Shown: piece by piece, positions 9,028 to 20,372 of the stretch
Numbering within the stretch: the first letter of the stretch is position 1
Layout: each line of letters starts with the position of its first letter
From: Bdellovibrionales bacterium
GTDB lineage: Bacteria > Bdellovibrionota > Bdellovibrionia > Bdellovibrionales > UBA1609
Direction: 5' to 3'
Length of the DNA stretch: 64,000 nucleotides
Assembly (NCBI GenBank): GCA_965219095.1
Contig: CBDCMT010000001.1
Span: forward strand, 1,856,001-1,920,000
Translations under genes and position numbers: made by a program
The notes under the pieces: generated by a model
What the model saw: the letters and a program-made list of their open reading frames with translations, nothing else
Told to the model about the DNA's origin: nothing
Databases searched by the model: none

Positions 9028-9810
9028 ATGTCTTTAACAATACTACAAAAAAAGGAAATTAAAGAGTTTATTTCTAGAAAAATAGAGGATAAATTAAAAA
9101 AATATGGTAGAGAAACACAATCTATGCCTTTTCTCGCAAGACTTATTCAAGATAATGAAAAAATTGCCGCCTATTCCTTTATTCACTCTATGTCAACAAC
9201 CTTAGGAATGTCCATATATGAGGAAGTTTCTGTTATTATAGCAAAGCCTCATTTTGACGAGTGTTATAGAAATTATGGAGTTGGTGGCATTCTCTCTCCC
9301 AATCAAAAAACTGTTATAGGAGATATTACACGACAGCTTAGAAATAAAAAGAGAAAGCCAGATATGAAAAAAGAAATACAAGAAGTTTTAAATGCTTCTA
9401 GAGTCAATGGATCCTATCAAAAAGATGGTGAAATAGCTGATTTTTTTATGCGAAAAAAAGACAAAGAATATTACTTTGAAATTAAAACTGTTAAACCCAA
9501 TATAGATGTATTTAGTAAGAGTAAAACCAAACTATTAGAATGGGTGGCAAGAAGAAGGAAGAGAATTTATCCATACTTAGCATTTCCGTATAATCCCTAT
9601 TACCCCAAACCCTATAATAGGTTTACTGAGGTAAATCTTGTAAAAATGAATAAAGATTTTCTTGTAGCAGAAAAGTATTGGGATTTTTTAGGAGGGAAAA
9701 ATACTTTTACAGAACTATTGAGTATATTTGATAAAGTTGGAAAATCTTATAAAGAAAAATTAATTCAAAAATTCAAAAAAATTGCGAAAGAAAAGATAGA
9801 TTCTTATTGA
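9028..9810 (+). CDS. Type II restriction endonuclease, TdeIII/MjaII-like
   Basis: SF.HS..T.LG.SIYE, D..........EIKTVKPN, AFPYNPY, YWDFLGG; directly downstream of the MTase. Confidence 0.8.
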   Translation: MSLTILQKKEIKEFISRKIEDKLKKYGRETQSMPFLARLIQDNEKIAAYSFIHSMSTTLGMSIYEEVSVIIAKPHFDECYRNYGVGGILSPNQKTVIGDITRQLRNKKRKPDMKKEIQEVLNASRVNGSYQKDGEIADFFMRKKDKEYYFEIKTVKPNIDVFSKSKTKLLEWVARRRKRIYPYLAFPYNPYYPKPYNRFTEVNLVKMNKDFLVAEKYWDFLGGKNTFTELLSIFDKVGKSYKEKLIQKFKKIAKEKIDSY

Positions 9811-9980
9811 TATTTTTGTACACTTTAATTTCTTGATTCTCTCTTAAATTCAATTTAAATTTAAATTTGATGAGTTTTTTATAATTAGTACTACTTTGGC
9901 AGGTAAATTAAGTTGTGCTATAATAGGCTCAAAGATACCTAAGGAGGGGTTGAGTATGAGATATTCAGAGTTAAAAAAAT

Positions 9981-10028
9981 GCCTCCTCAAAAGAACCTCC
10001 GGGAACCCACAGATTCTTTTGAGGAGGC
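9981..10028. mobile_element. 48-bp ISL3-derived miniature element (two right ends inverted)
   Basis: GCCTCCTCAAAAGAA...TTCTTTTGAGGAGGC; matches the ISL3 right end at 30634-30669. Confidence 0.75.
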
Positions 10029-10083
10029 AAGAATTCCTTGGTTTCTTCTTTTTTTGAATCATAATCAATAGAAAGAGCATATA

Positions 10084-11222
10084 TAGTGCTTCCGCTTAGG
10101 TTTTCAGTTTTTTTTGAGTTGAGGTCTAGTTTTTATTCTAAGGCCTTGATAAAAAGTCATTTATTTTTAAAAATAGTTTCATATGTCAGGGTTTCTATCA
10201 AAAAAAGAGCGAGAAGATTTACTCTATGAACTATCTCTAGAAAAAAATCTTAAATACGCAAAAAGGATTATGACAATCCTCCATTTAGATAAAGGTAAGT
10301 TGTGTAAAGATATTTCCCGTTTTCTTTTCATTGATGAGGGCACGATAAGAGCCTGTAGAGATCGTTATAACAAAGGTGGAATAGAGTGTTTAATCAACGA
10401 CAATTACAGTTCTAAAAGGTCCTTTTTAACTAAAGAAAGAGGAGAAAATGCTTTGTAAGGAATTAGAGAAAAGAATTTTTCCATCATCACAGTCTGTCAT
10501 CCAGTTCATTGAGGAGAATTTTGGTGTTACGTACTTTAACAAGTGGTGTGATTGATCTTCTCCATCGCCTTAAGTTTTCTTATAAAAAAGCTACAGCAAT
10601 ACCAGGTAAGGCAAAGAGAGAAGAGCAGGAAAAGTTTGTGCGTAAATACAAGAGAATTAAGAAGAAAGACGGTCCTGTTTACTTTGCTGATTCCACACAT
10701 CCTGAGTGGGGCCCTACAATTTCATATGGTTGGATAAGAGAGGGTAAGAAGTTTGAAGTGAAGACCAATTCAGGCTGGAGAAAAAGAGTGAATGTTTGTG
10801 GAGCTATTGAGATCAATAGTTTAAAGACGGTAGTCAGGAGTTATAAGACAGTCAACGAAGTTTTCCTATGTGATAGGCTCCATCATCTTCATTAAGAAGC
10901 ATCCCGATGAAAAAGAGATTCATCTTATCTTAGATGGGGCCGGATACAATAGATCGAAGTCTGTCAAGAAGTTAGCGAAAGAGTTGAATATAAAACTTGT
11001 TTATCTTCCTCCGTACTCACCGAATTTAAATCCTATAGAAAGGCTTTGGAAGTTTATGAAAAAAGAGGTCACGGCGAATCGATATTATGAAAACTATGAC
11101 GATTTCAAGGGAAGTTTAAGTCAATTTTTTAGAGGAATACGAAAACACAGGCCTAAATTAGAAACTTTGATAACTGATAACTTCTCTATCTTAGGAAACT
11201 GAAAACCTAAACGGAAACACTA
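10084..11222 (+). mobile_element. IS630-family element 'type B', frameshifted transposase (ORFs 10183-10458, 10509-10895, 10870-11202)
   Basis: IRs TAGTGCTTCCG.TTAGGTTTTCAG; TA target; YFADSTHP, ILDGAGY, LPPYSPNLNPIERLW. Confidence 0.92.
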
Positions 11223-11738
11223 TATATCTCTTATTTTTTGATAAAATCTTTTTTCACTAGAACGAATGTCACGAATCCGCTCCATAAGCTCGTCGAAATA
11301 ATTAACTCCAAGGCTGTAACCGGACTTTAATCTCTCATCATTCATAGTAAAGCCTTTAACTAGATATTCATTCAATCTCTCTGTGGCCCAACGGCGAAAT
11401 CGAGTTCCTGCGGAAGATTTGACTCTATATCCGACAGCGAGAATAACCTCTAAATTGTAGTAATCAATGGCTCTTTCTATATTTCTTGACCCTTCGCGGC
11501 GAACTGTAAAGTATTTCTTTACAGTTGCCTCTCTGCTCAACTCTTCTTCATTAAAAATATTTTGAATATGAAAGCGAATGTTTTGCTTTGTCGTTTGAAA
11601 TAACTTTGCCATCAGTTTTTGAGATAGCCAAACTGTTCCTTCTTCAAGTCTAACTTGTATATGGTTTTCTCCGTCTTCTGACTGATAGATCAAAATTTCT
11701 GAGTTTGTTGACTGAGGGGGCGTCTTTTTTTTTGCCAT
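11220..11738 (-). pseudogene. rhuM: RhuM-family protein, truncated, copy 2
   Basis: Same protein as 104-622, cut at the same TA site by IS630-B. Confidence 0.85.
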
Positions 11739-12194
11739 ATTTTAAATTCCTAACTGCAATTCACTAGTGCAACATTTTCTCTCATCATAACCGCATAAGG
11801 TGTTAACCAGTCAAGACATTTCATGGGCCTATTGTTAATTTCAAATTAGTGCCTCATAATGAGACGGAAAAACTCTTTATATACTAACCGTGTTTCAAAA
11901 ACTCTTTTTCTAGCAAGATAAAAAGGGGGTTTTTAAAGTGTGGTAAGTATATTTCAACAAATTAAAAATAATTGGAAAAAAGTTTAAAAGATTAGGTTAT
12001 TTTAAGTGAGCCAGATTATATTTTTAAATTTTGAAGCAATACCTAAGTTTTCAACTTAGAACTCAAGAACAGAAGCTTCTGAAAAATATATAAAAGTCAA
12101 AACTCGGATTAGTAAGCTCCTTTTTGTGAGCTTACTTCTTAGATGAGTTTAACTCTTCTAATCAGAGTTTTTAAGTCCCAGCCTTTCAAAAAGG

Positions 12195-12398
12195 ATGGTC
12201 ATCCATGTAAGCATAAAATCAAGGCTTACTGGAGTCATTTTGCCTCTGGTTTCGGTGATTGGACTGGTGGTAGCCACCTTTAGCTTTATTACAGGAAACC
12301 CTAACGCAAAACAGCACATAATCTATGCCCTCGTGGGAACCGTCATAAGCTTTGGTGCTTCGTCTATCATTGATTTTATTAGGTTTACGGTATATTAA
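12195..12398 (+). pseudogene. TrbC/VirB2-type pilin fragment, copy 2
   Basis: Identical to 1079-1282. Confidence 0.5.
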
Positions 12399-12507
12399 TT
12401 TCATAATTCGGATTTCAGGCTAGTATGACTTCAATCACATTAGCCATGTTGGTAAAAATTAAAAAAGTATCTTTTAAAATAAAAAGGGAAAGTATAAGGT
12501 ATTATTA

Positions 12508-13419
12508 ATGGCTAAAAATTCCATGAAAAAAAACTCCCCTACTCTTGATTTTGCAGTGGATCCGTTGAGCGAAACAATAGCTTATGAAACTTTGCTTAGT
12601 CTAAGAGATGTGACAGAAAAAACACTTGAAAAAGAGTTTCCCTCTGATAGTTTTCTGGAACAAGAAACTCTTTTACAAATCCTAGAATTAAAAAAAGAAT
12701 CAAGGCGAGAAGAAATCAAAAAGAATTATTCTGAGGTTAAAAAATTTGTAAGTGCAAAATGGAATGATTTTTCTGTTTGTATAAAAGATAACTTTCATTT
12801 TCCAAATGATTTAAAAAATCATGATTCTTTAAAGCTTTTCTATTATAAAGGCAATATAAGTCTTCTTGAAAGTCGTTGTATATCAATTATTGGTACAAGA
12901 GAGGCAACGTCAGATGGACTCAAAAGAGCAGAAAAGCTAACTAAGATTCTTGTCAATAAAAATTTTACAGTTGTTTCTGGACTTGCTAAAGGGATTGATA
13001 CAAAAGCTCTTCAAACTGCTATTAACCTTAACGGAAGGGTAATTGCTGTGATTGGGACACCTATTGACAAGTTTTATCCAAAGGAAAACAAGGAACTGCA
13101 AGAACTTATTGCCAAGAATCATCTTTTAATCAGCAAGGTTCCTCTTTTTAGATACAAAAAAGAAAATTTTTCTTCACATAAATTTCATTTTCCTAGAAGA
13201 AATATCATTATGTCAGCTATTTCAGAAGCCTCTATCATTGTAGAAGCTTCTGAAACGAGTGGAACACACTCTCAAGCAAGAGCAGCTCTCAAACAAGGGA
13301 AAAAGTTATTTATACTTGATTCTTGTTTCAAAAAATATAAATGGCCATTTATTCTCGAGCAAAAAGGGGCCATTAGAGTTAGACAAGAAGAAGATATATT
13401 GAGGCACATAAAGGAATAA
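12508..13419 (+). CDS. DprA/Smf (SLOG) family protein, ShosA-like
   Basis: SIIGTR, VVSGLAKGIDT, AVIGT, FPRRNIIMSAIS, IVEA..SGT; lacks the C-terminal winged helix of competence DprA. Confidence 0.88.
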   Translation: MAKNSMKKNSPTLDFAVDPLSETIAYETLLSLRDVTEKTLEKEFPSDSFLEQETLLQILELKKESRREEIKKNYSEVKKFVSAKWNDFSVCIKDNFHFPNDLKNHDSLKLFYYKGNISLLESRCISIIGTREATSDGLKRAEKLTKILVNKNFTVVSGLAKGIDTKALQTAINLNGRVIAVIGTPIDKFYPKENKELQELIAKNHLLISKVPLFRYKKENFSSHKFHFPRRNIIMSAISEASIIVEASETSGTHSQARAALKQGKKLFILDSCFKKYKWPFILEQKGAIRVRQEEDILRHIKE

Positions 13420-13424
13420 ACCTA

Positions 13425-14084
13425 GTGTCAAACTACAAGTGGCAAAAAATAAGAACTGGTTCAAACACAATGGATGATCTTATAAATATAAGAACTTTCA
13501 GACATATTGATCCTGACGATAATTGCTTTCATTTAATGGAGTGGATAAAGGGAGGAAGTTACAAGGATTCAGAGGCTAATAGTCGCATACTTAATTTTAA
13601 AAACCCACCGAAAGCACAAGGCTCAAATCTTCGTTATTATAAGGATAAGGCTATTAAACAATTTGCTAAGGACTTATACTGTCCTATAGAAAGTATTATT
13701 AAAAAGTATCAAGAAGAATCTATTTGTGTATCTTTTATACCATCTTCAGTATCAAGTAGTGATGGAGAATATGATGATAGATTTGAAAAAATTTGCGCTC
13801 TGCTTTGCAAAAAATTTTCAAAAATCCATTGCGAACAAGCTATTCGAGTAACAGAATCTCGAAACAAGTCAGCTCAAGGTGGAAAGCCTAGAGATGATGA
13901 ATATGTAGAAAAAATAAAACAAAGCTTTACATGGGATGGCTTCAGCCATACCCCAAGTGCTATTATCATTTTTGATGATGTTATAACAACAGGTTTACAG
14001 TTCAAAGCATATAAAAAGCTTATTAGAGAAAACTTAAACAATGATCCAATAATAATAGGTTTATTTTGGGCCAAAGCCGTTTAA
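13425..14084 (+). CDS. Phosphoribosyltransferase-fold protein, ShosT-like
   Basis: FIPSS loop and PRPP-binding IIIFDDVITTG; starts 5 bp after the DprA-like gene. Confidence 0.8.
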   Translation: MSNYKWQKIRTGSNTMDDLINIRTFRHIDPDDNCFHLMEWIKGGSYKDSEANSRILNFKNPPKAQGSNLRYYKDKAIKQFAKDLYCPIESIIKKYQEESICVSFIPSSVSSSDGEYDDRFEKICALLCKKFSKIHCEQAIRVTESRNKSAQGGKPRDDEYVEKIKQSFTWDGFSHTPSAIIIFDDVITTGLQFKAYKKLIRENLNNDPIIIGLFWAKAV

Positions 14085-14212
14085 GCTATACCGACCCCTA
14101 ATTTGTGATAGTTGCGACTTGACAATTTAGACAGTTGGTTAACAACACTCCAAGAACCCCAACACCTAAGATCAATAATTGCACTTCCTTATAATTTTTA
14201 CAAAAAATCAAA

Positions 14213-14533
14213 CTATAAAAGAATTAAAAGTTTAAATCTTAAATTGACAAAAGAATCCATTAAAAAATGATATGAATAAAACTTTACTAAATTTTCTAAA
14301 TCATGGTCTGTTTTGGTTTCTAAGTTCTTAAAAGACCTTGAAGTCATTTCTCTTTCTGAAAGAAAGATCAAATGAATTAAAAGATCAAAAAGAGGTACTT
14401 CTTCTTTTTTGGAATTTGTGCAGTCCTCTTTCAGAGCTAGTATGAGCTCACACACCTTTGGACAAAGACCCTCCTCCAAAGATTCTAAGCCCTTCTTTAA
14501 GGCTTTATTGATTTCAAAATTGTAAATCATCAT
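14213..14533 (-). CDS. Hypothetical protein
   Basis: 106-aa ORF with AAAGGAG RBS; no recognised motif. Confidence 0.5.
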   Translation of the reverse strand: MMIYNFEINKALKKGLESLEEGLCPKVCELILALKEDCTNSKKEEVPLFDLLIHLIFLSEREMTSRSFKNLETKTDHDLENLVKFYSYHFLMDSFVNLRFKLLILL

Positions 14534-14729
14534 AATTTATTTCTCCTTTCTGGTTAAAATTTGGACTTAAAACTATAGAGTAGGGCTTTATTTTGAAGCC
14601 TAATGGCTATCAAAAGCTTTAAGGCTGTGATATTAGGTAGAATTAGGCATGCTGTACCTCCCCGAGTTAGGTATGGTTTTTGCTTAGAGGCTGGAAGGTG
14701 TTTTAGGCACTTTCCAGACTCGCTTTTTT

Positions 14730-15433
14730 CTAATCAAACTCGGGTTTCAAAGAAAGTCCACTTTTTTTATAATTTGACTCGGAGAGTTTGATTAGAAAAA
14801 GCTTCTTAAAGCTCTTCTTTTGCAAATTTTTACTTTCTTCTAGCCTTCTTTGAGCTATAGAAAAATAAGCCTTATCCTGCTCTATACCTGTAAAAGAAAA
14901 GTTTTTTTCTAAACAAGCTACCCCCGTTGTACCACTTCCCATAAACGGATCAAGAACCCTCCCACCAGGAGGTGTGATCATCTCACAAAGGTATCTCATA
15001 AGTTTTAAGGGCTTCACTGTAGAATGAGTGTTAAAAGAAAACCTCTCTTTCCTAGAAGCTCTTGAAGCATAGTAAAAAGGAGCTTCAAAAGCTTTTATAG
15101 AGCTTGAAACTCCACCTTGCTTTTCTAAAACCTGACTGGGACAATTTTCTAAAGACTTTGTTATGAGAAAATTATTAGGGTATTTTCTTCTACTTCCAAA
15201 CCTTGAAGCCTCAACATTCAAGCCTCCTGTCCTATACTTCAAAACATTTTGAGCTACATTTTGCTCTGAAATAGGTTTTTGAATTAAAATCCAATGCTCG
15301 CTTGCTGGCTTTAAAGCAGTCCTCCAATCAATCCACTCCATAGCTTTGGGGTCTGTAGAAACTGTCACTTTTCCGTACTTTCTTTTCTTATCTTTTCCTA
15401 AACTCCATGCTGGAGACTGGTGAAAGCCTATAA
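14730..15433 (-). pseudogene. Phage-type N6/N4 DNA methyltransferase, 5'-truncated by IS630-A
   Basis: W..W.TALKPA.E.W, H.TVKP..LM.YL, PPGG.VLDPFMGSGTTG; catalytic DPPY half is missing. Confidence 0.8.
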
Positions 15434-16844
15434 TACCATTTCCAAAAATTAATTCGACATTTTTTTAACTCATTGCGTCCTGGCTTTTTGATAAAACTCT
15501 GTTAAATTTTTAGAGTGTCGAAAAAAGATTTAGTTACACAGATTCAAGGGTATAATTTTCTAGCTACTTACAAAGTAGAAAGAAGTGCCAACATCAAGAC
15601 AAAATTATTGGCTTTGCAGCATATGCAAGAAGGAAAATCGATTCAAGAAACAGCAGGTATGGTTTTGTATCACCGTCACAGTATCAAATCCTGGTTACAG
15701 TCTTTTTTTGTAGACTTTGATTACGAGGGATTGATAGATCGAGAAGGCAGAGGACGCAAGCCTCGTTTGCCAGTAACAGAAGAAGAGAGGTTCAAAATCA
15801 AGTTAGATGAAATTCAAGACAAAAGAGAGGGAGGAAGCATAGGAGCAAAGGGAATACAGAAACTTTTAGCAGATGAATTTAACTGTTGCTATTCTCTTTC
15901 TGGGGTTTATGTTTCTTTAGACCGCCTTAATATTGTATGGATCAGTGGTCGTTCTCTTCATCCTAAAAGTTCATTAAGAAGCTATGGAACAGTTTAAGGA
16001 ACATTTTCCAGAAGAGGTGGAGAAAATAAAAGAAAAGATTCAGACTCATAAAATAGAGATTTGGTGGCAGGATGAATGCAGAATAAGCTCAGCAAGGTTC
16101 TTTGAGCAGGATTTGGGCAAGAAAAGGCACACGGCCTAGAGTGGTGAGACAAAGACAATTTTTATCCACTTATATTTTTGGAGCAGTTTGTCCGGATAGA
16201 GATAAAGGCTGTGCTTGGATTTTACCGGAATGTAATTCAGGGATGATGCAAATTCACTTAGATGAGATATCTAAAAATATTCAAGAAAACTATCATGGAA
16301 TTGTTTTAATGGACAGAGCCAGTTGGCATACCACAGAGACTTTGATAGTTCCTAAGAATTTATCCCTGATGCCTTTACCTCCTTATAGTCCAGAATTAAA
16401 TCCCATGGAACAAGTCTGGCAACAATTACGAAGGATCAAATTATCGAATGCATGTTTTAAAAACTATGACCATATAGTGAATACTTGTTGTGAGGCCTGG
16501 AATACTTTTTGCGATCAGGAGGGCAGGATTAAAAAATTATGCACTCGATCTTGGACAAAACAACAAGATGAATCAAGCTTGTAAATTAATTTGAACCTAT
16601 AAATTAAATTGTGTAACTGATTTTTGTCATTTTAAATTTTACCCTCACTTTTTTACACTTATTTTAACCCATCAATCGATTCACACAACAAATAGATATA
16701 CCTGAAATAAACTTATCTTATGAAAACTTAACCTCCCCTCAAAAGAAGTTTTTTTAAAACCTCCTAACTGAAACTTTTCCTTAAGTCAATTTTAAAATTT
16801 TAAATTTGAACATAAAAATGTCGAATTAATTTCTGTAATTGGTA
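15434..16844 (+). mobile_element. IS630 type A, frameshifted copy (ORFs 15515-15997, 16102-16584)
   Basis: Near-identical to the other copies; TAA on both sides. Confidence 0.93.
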
Positions 16845-16962
16845 TAATAGCATTCCCTTGTGATCCTAATAAAAAGTTCCTTCCCATACGAGAATCTATT
16901 TTCATATGACCAATGATTGCCTCAACTGAACTTCTTCTTCTGTGAAGTTTTCTCCTGAGTTC
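16845..16962 (-). pseudogene. IS5-family transposase C-terminal remnant
   Basis: ELRRKLHRRSSVEAIIGHMKIDSRMGRNFLLGSQG. Confidence 0.7.
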
Positions 16963-17083
16963 AGTGTTTCGGAGCGATGCAGTAATTATAAGTATTTAAT
17001 ATAATTAGATTTTTTTATTTTCTTATTTAAGAAGACAATCAACAAATAGCACAGTATATAAATTCAGAATGGTGTGTATAAAC

Positions 17084-18526
17084 TCAGATCGTTTTTAATT
17101 TTAACTCGTAAGATTCTTCCTCTCTTTTTACATCAAGGGTTTTGTAAATTTCCCTTGCCTCTTTTGATAGCTCTTTAGCAATCATGTACTTTTGTTTTGT
17201 CTTTGTATTTTTTAAGATCCATTTTTCTACATCACATAATATTTTAATTAACTTTCCTACTCCATACTCTACGTTTTTTGATTTTAAAGAAAGTTCTGTA
17301 TATCTTAGGACACTATAAGACAGGAAACAAATTAAAATATGAGCTTTAATTCGCCTTGAAAGCTGATGAAAGATAGGCCTCATTTTAAGAGTGTGCTTAT
17401 TCATCCGAAAAGATTCTTCTATTTTCCAAAGTTTTTTATAGGAAGCTTCTGCTTCTGTTGAGCTAAAGTTTTTTATATTGGTGCAAATTCCTACAATTCC
17501 ATCCCACTGACAATCCTCTAATACTTTATCCTTATTCAGTCGAGTAGAGCTTTTAACTTTCTCTAAATATTTACTCATTCCTCTGTTTTTAATCAGTTTC
17601 TCTGTTTGAATGTCTCCCTTTGAGTTCTGTGCTTTTGTGATCATTTCAAGTATCTTTTCTCTTTTTTTTCTATCATGAGCTGACCTTTTCTCAGAGTGAA
17701 TCACAAAGACATCTTTTTGTTCATAGGAAAATTTAAAAACCCTCTTATCTTCATTGATTGTACTATAATTTTTTTTGTCTAAAATTTCTTTCTTTATCTT
17801 TTCAGACATCTTCCTCAAGGGACAGGATATAATATACTCCATGGAAAAGGAACTGCTATCAAAAGTAAGAGAGATTTTTTTTTGAAAACATTGCTTTATC
17901 TGCTGTCACTCTTATCTTTTTTAAATTGTATTTTTTCTGAGCGTTCTCAAGACAAGGTATGAAGGTCTTTGTTTCTGACATATTTCCAGGGTAAACCTCA
18001 TAATTTATGGGAAGACCATCCCCATCTGTCATAAGAGCTAAAACAACCTGGACCTCCTTAAACTATCCTTAAAACTTGATCATAAGTAAACTTTTCCTGA
18101 AAGCGGTTTAAAATTAAATCAACAGCTCTTAACTTACTTGAAGGCTCTAAAAACCTTGCAAGAACACAGCACTTGAGAAGGGCATTCCAATGCTTATCTT
18201 TTCTTGTACCTTGGATTAATTTCTCAAAACCTAATCGCTCGTAGATAGAACCAAAAACATCCTTGATTCCATCATTCAATGTAATATCTTCTCTTGTGTG
18301 ACATAAATTGAGAGAAGCCATCATAGTGAGCTTTTGTTTTTTTTTTTGTTTCTAACTCCAACTTTAGGCTTAGGGCCATTTTTTTTAAATGCTCTATCTC
18401 TTCCGGAATTTTTGATTGTCCTAGGGTTTTAATGATCTTTATTTTAACTTTTCCATCTTTTCTATAGCCATGGACTAAGCGAATGACCGTGATCCCATTT
18501 TTTCTTTTAGGAGTTGTGATGTACAT
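17084..18526 (-). pseudogene. IS1634-family transposase, fragmented
   Basis: RLVHGYRKDGKVK.K.IK.LG N-terminus; WDG....TN, Y..LW.IEESFR..K..L..RPIFH....RI.AH..ICFL.Y. Confidence 0.85.
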
Positions 18527-18656
18527 AGTTCCCCCTTTTCTTTAAGCTTACAGCAAAAATAACAGCAAATCAAAAAAGGCAATCAATAAGAAAAATCAAA
18601 GGAAAATACAAAAAATCTAATGCTTTCAATGGATTAAAAATTTGAAGCAGTGTATA

Positions 18657-18771
18657 TAGTGCTTCCGTTTAGGTTTTCAGGTTCCTAAGATGGAGAAGTT
18701 ATCAGTTATCAAAGTTTCTAATTTAGGCCTGTGTTTTCGTATTCCTCTAAAAAATTGACTTAAACTTCCCT
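18657..18771 (-). mobile_element. IS630 type B right-end fragment, inverted
   Basis: Reverse complement of about 11108-11222. Confidence 0.85.
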
Positions 18772-19134
18772 ATTTTGGAACCTTTTTGGATATTTTAACA
18801 TTTCCACCTCCTTTGATTTTAGGAGGTAGCCTCTTTTTGGAGGTCATGGACAAAAATCTAAGCGCTGTTACTGTATGGCCATGCATTAGGTTTAAATATA
18901 ATGTAAAGGACAAGGACTTCCCAAAAGAATAACAGAGTGGAAAGGGAACTTATGTAATTTTTACATTTGTATTTTTTTCTCTTGAAAAATTGTTTAAGAT
19001 TGATTATAAAGTAAAAGTTCTTTCATAAACATTAGAATGAAGCTGTGATTTTTAAGCTTTATGAAGAAACAAGGAAAAGTAAAATAAAGCAAAAATTTAA
19101 GTAACAGCTAAAGAACAAAAGGAAGGAGAACAAA

Positions 19135-19824
19135 ATGAAATTAACAAAACTATTGACTGCTACTTTGTTAGGAGTCAATACTATAGCATCCCATAATTTA
19201 TGGGCTAATCACTGGGAGAGGGGTTTGAATTCAAATTCATACTCATCTTACTTAAGTTTGAAGAAGATGACCGAAGAGCGAACTGTTGATGTTAAGACTC
19301 TAGCAATACCACAAGGTTCAGAGTGTATTTCAGATTTTGGAGCATTAGTATTAGAAATGGAATGGTCAGAATCAGAACTTGATTCTAACAATGGTAATTT
19401 AGGGGTAGGATCAGGTCTTTTATTTTCGGGTACGTCCTTTCAAGGAGCTAAGTACAATGGCAGTGCAGTAACTCGTTTTAATGGTTTAACAGTCAGTGAA
19501 CTAACTGCAACAGGTATGTTTACTTCTATGGCGCTTTTTGCTTATGCTCTCCATTTACTAGAGAGAAAAACACGAGCAAGAACTGTACAGGCTGTGGCTG
19601 AAGCTTATGAGCTTGTACCGACTTCAAGCATGACTGAGAGGTTGGCTGAGAATTACGGTATGTCTGATGAGGAAGTGAAAACTAAGATTAGACAAATGAA
19701 TGAAGAAGGACAGCTTTGTAAAATCGAAAAGGTTGTGGATCCTCAAGGTCACTGGGAATCACTCACCGTACCTGCTGTAAGAGAGTTGTTTGTTCCTGTA
19801 GCGTTCCATAAAATAGAATTTTAG
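19135..19824 (+). CDS. Hypothetical exported protein
   Basis: AAGGAG RBS, signal-peptide-like N-terminus, followed by a terminator. Confidence 0.7.
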   Translation: MKLTKLLTATLLGVNTIASHNLWANHWERGLNSNSYSSYLSLKKMTEERTVDVKTLAIPQGSECISDFGALVLEMEWSESELDSNNGNLGVGSGLLFSGTSFQGAKYNGSAVTRFNGLTVSELTATGMFTSMALFAYALHLLERKTRARTVQAVAEAYELVPTSSMTERLAENYGMSDEEVKTKIRQMNEEGQLCKIEKVVDPQGHWESLTVPAVRELFVPVAFHKIEF

Positions 19825-19851
19825 ACAAGTTCAAGTTTTTTAATTTAGGTC

Positions 19852-19883
19852 AAAAGTTCTCTTCTAGGAGGGAACTTTTTTTT
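19852..19883 (+). terminator. Rho-independent terminator
   Basis: AAAAGTTCTCT...GGAGGGAACTTTT hairpin plus T-run, 27 bp after the stop. Confidence 0.7.
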
Positions 19884-20281
19884 ATTCTCTTAAGCTCTGA
19901 TACAATATGAAGAGGGAATTGTGTTTCAAAAATTATCTAGAAATAATGATAAAAAAAATATGTTATCTAGGAGAATTTTCTAGTCCTATGAAAGAAAGTC
20001 AATTTTTGCAAAAACAAGGAAGGATGGGTTAAAAGTAAGTCGGTTATCTATAAAAAATTAGGCCTGAAATCCATTTTAACCCCTAAAATCATATAAAAAT
20101 CCTATAACGTACCGTTTAAAATGTAGTGATCACGGTTTTGCGTAACCACTTGAAATCATTAGATTCTTAAAAAGAAAACGCTGAAGTCGGGATAAAGATA
20201 GGGTAGTAGTTGAGCACTTGGGGGTAGAAGATGAAAAAAAAGACATAAGGAAACGTATCGGGGGTTCGATACTTTTCTTAG

Positions 20282-20350
<69 letters not shown>

Positions 20351-20372
<22 letters not shown>

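Noticed and set aside
9850..10080. 76-aa ORF
   Set aside because: Reads through the ISL3-derived mini element; probably spurious
12508..14084. Housekeeping competence dprA + comF
   Set aside because: DprA lacks the C-terminal winged helix, the PRTase lacks the ComF zinc finger and RGFNQ motif, and the context is an island
14092..14123. ~20-bp motif recurring inverted near 28445-28466
   Set aside because: Imperfect two-copy match; probably an IS-end scar and cannot be assigned
15431..16847. TAA/TAA flanks as proof of a simple insertion
   Set aside because: Left flank is the methylase and right flank an IS5 remnant, so they do not rejoin; a rearrangement is likely
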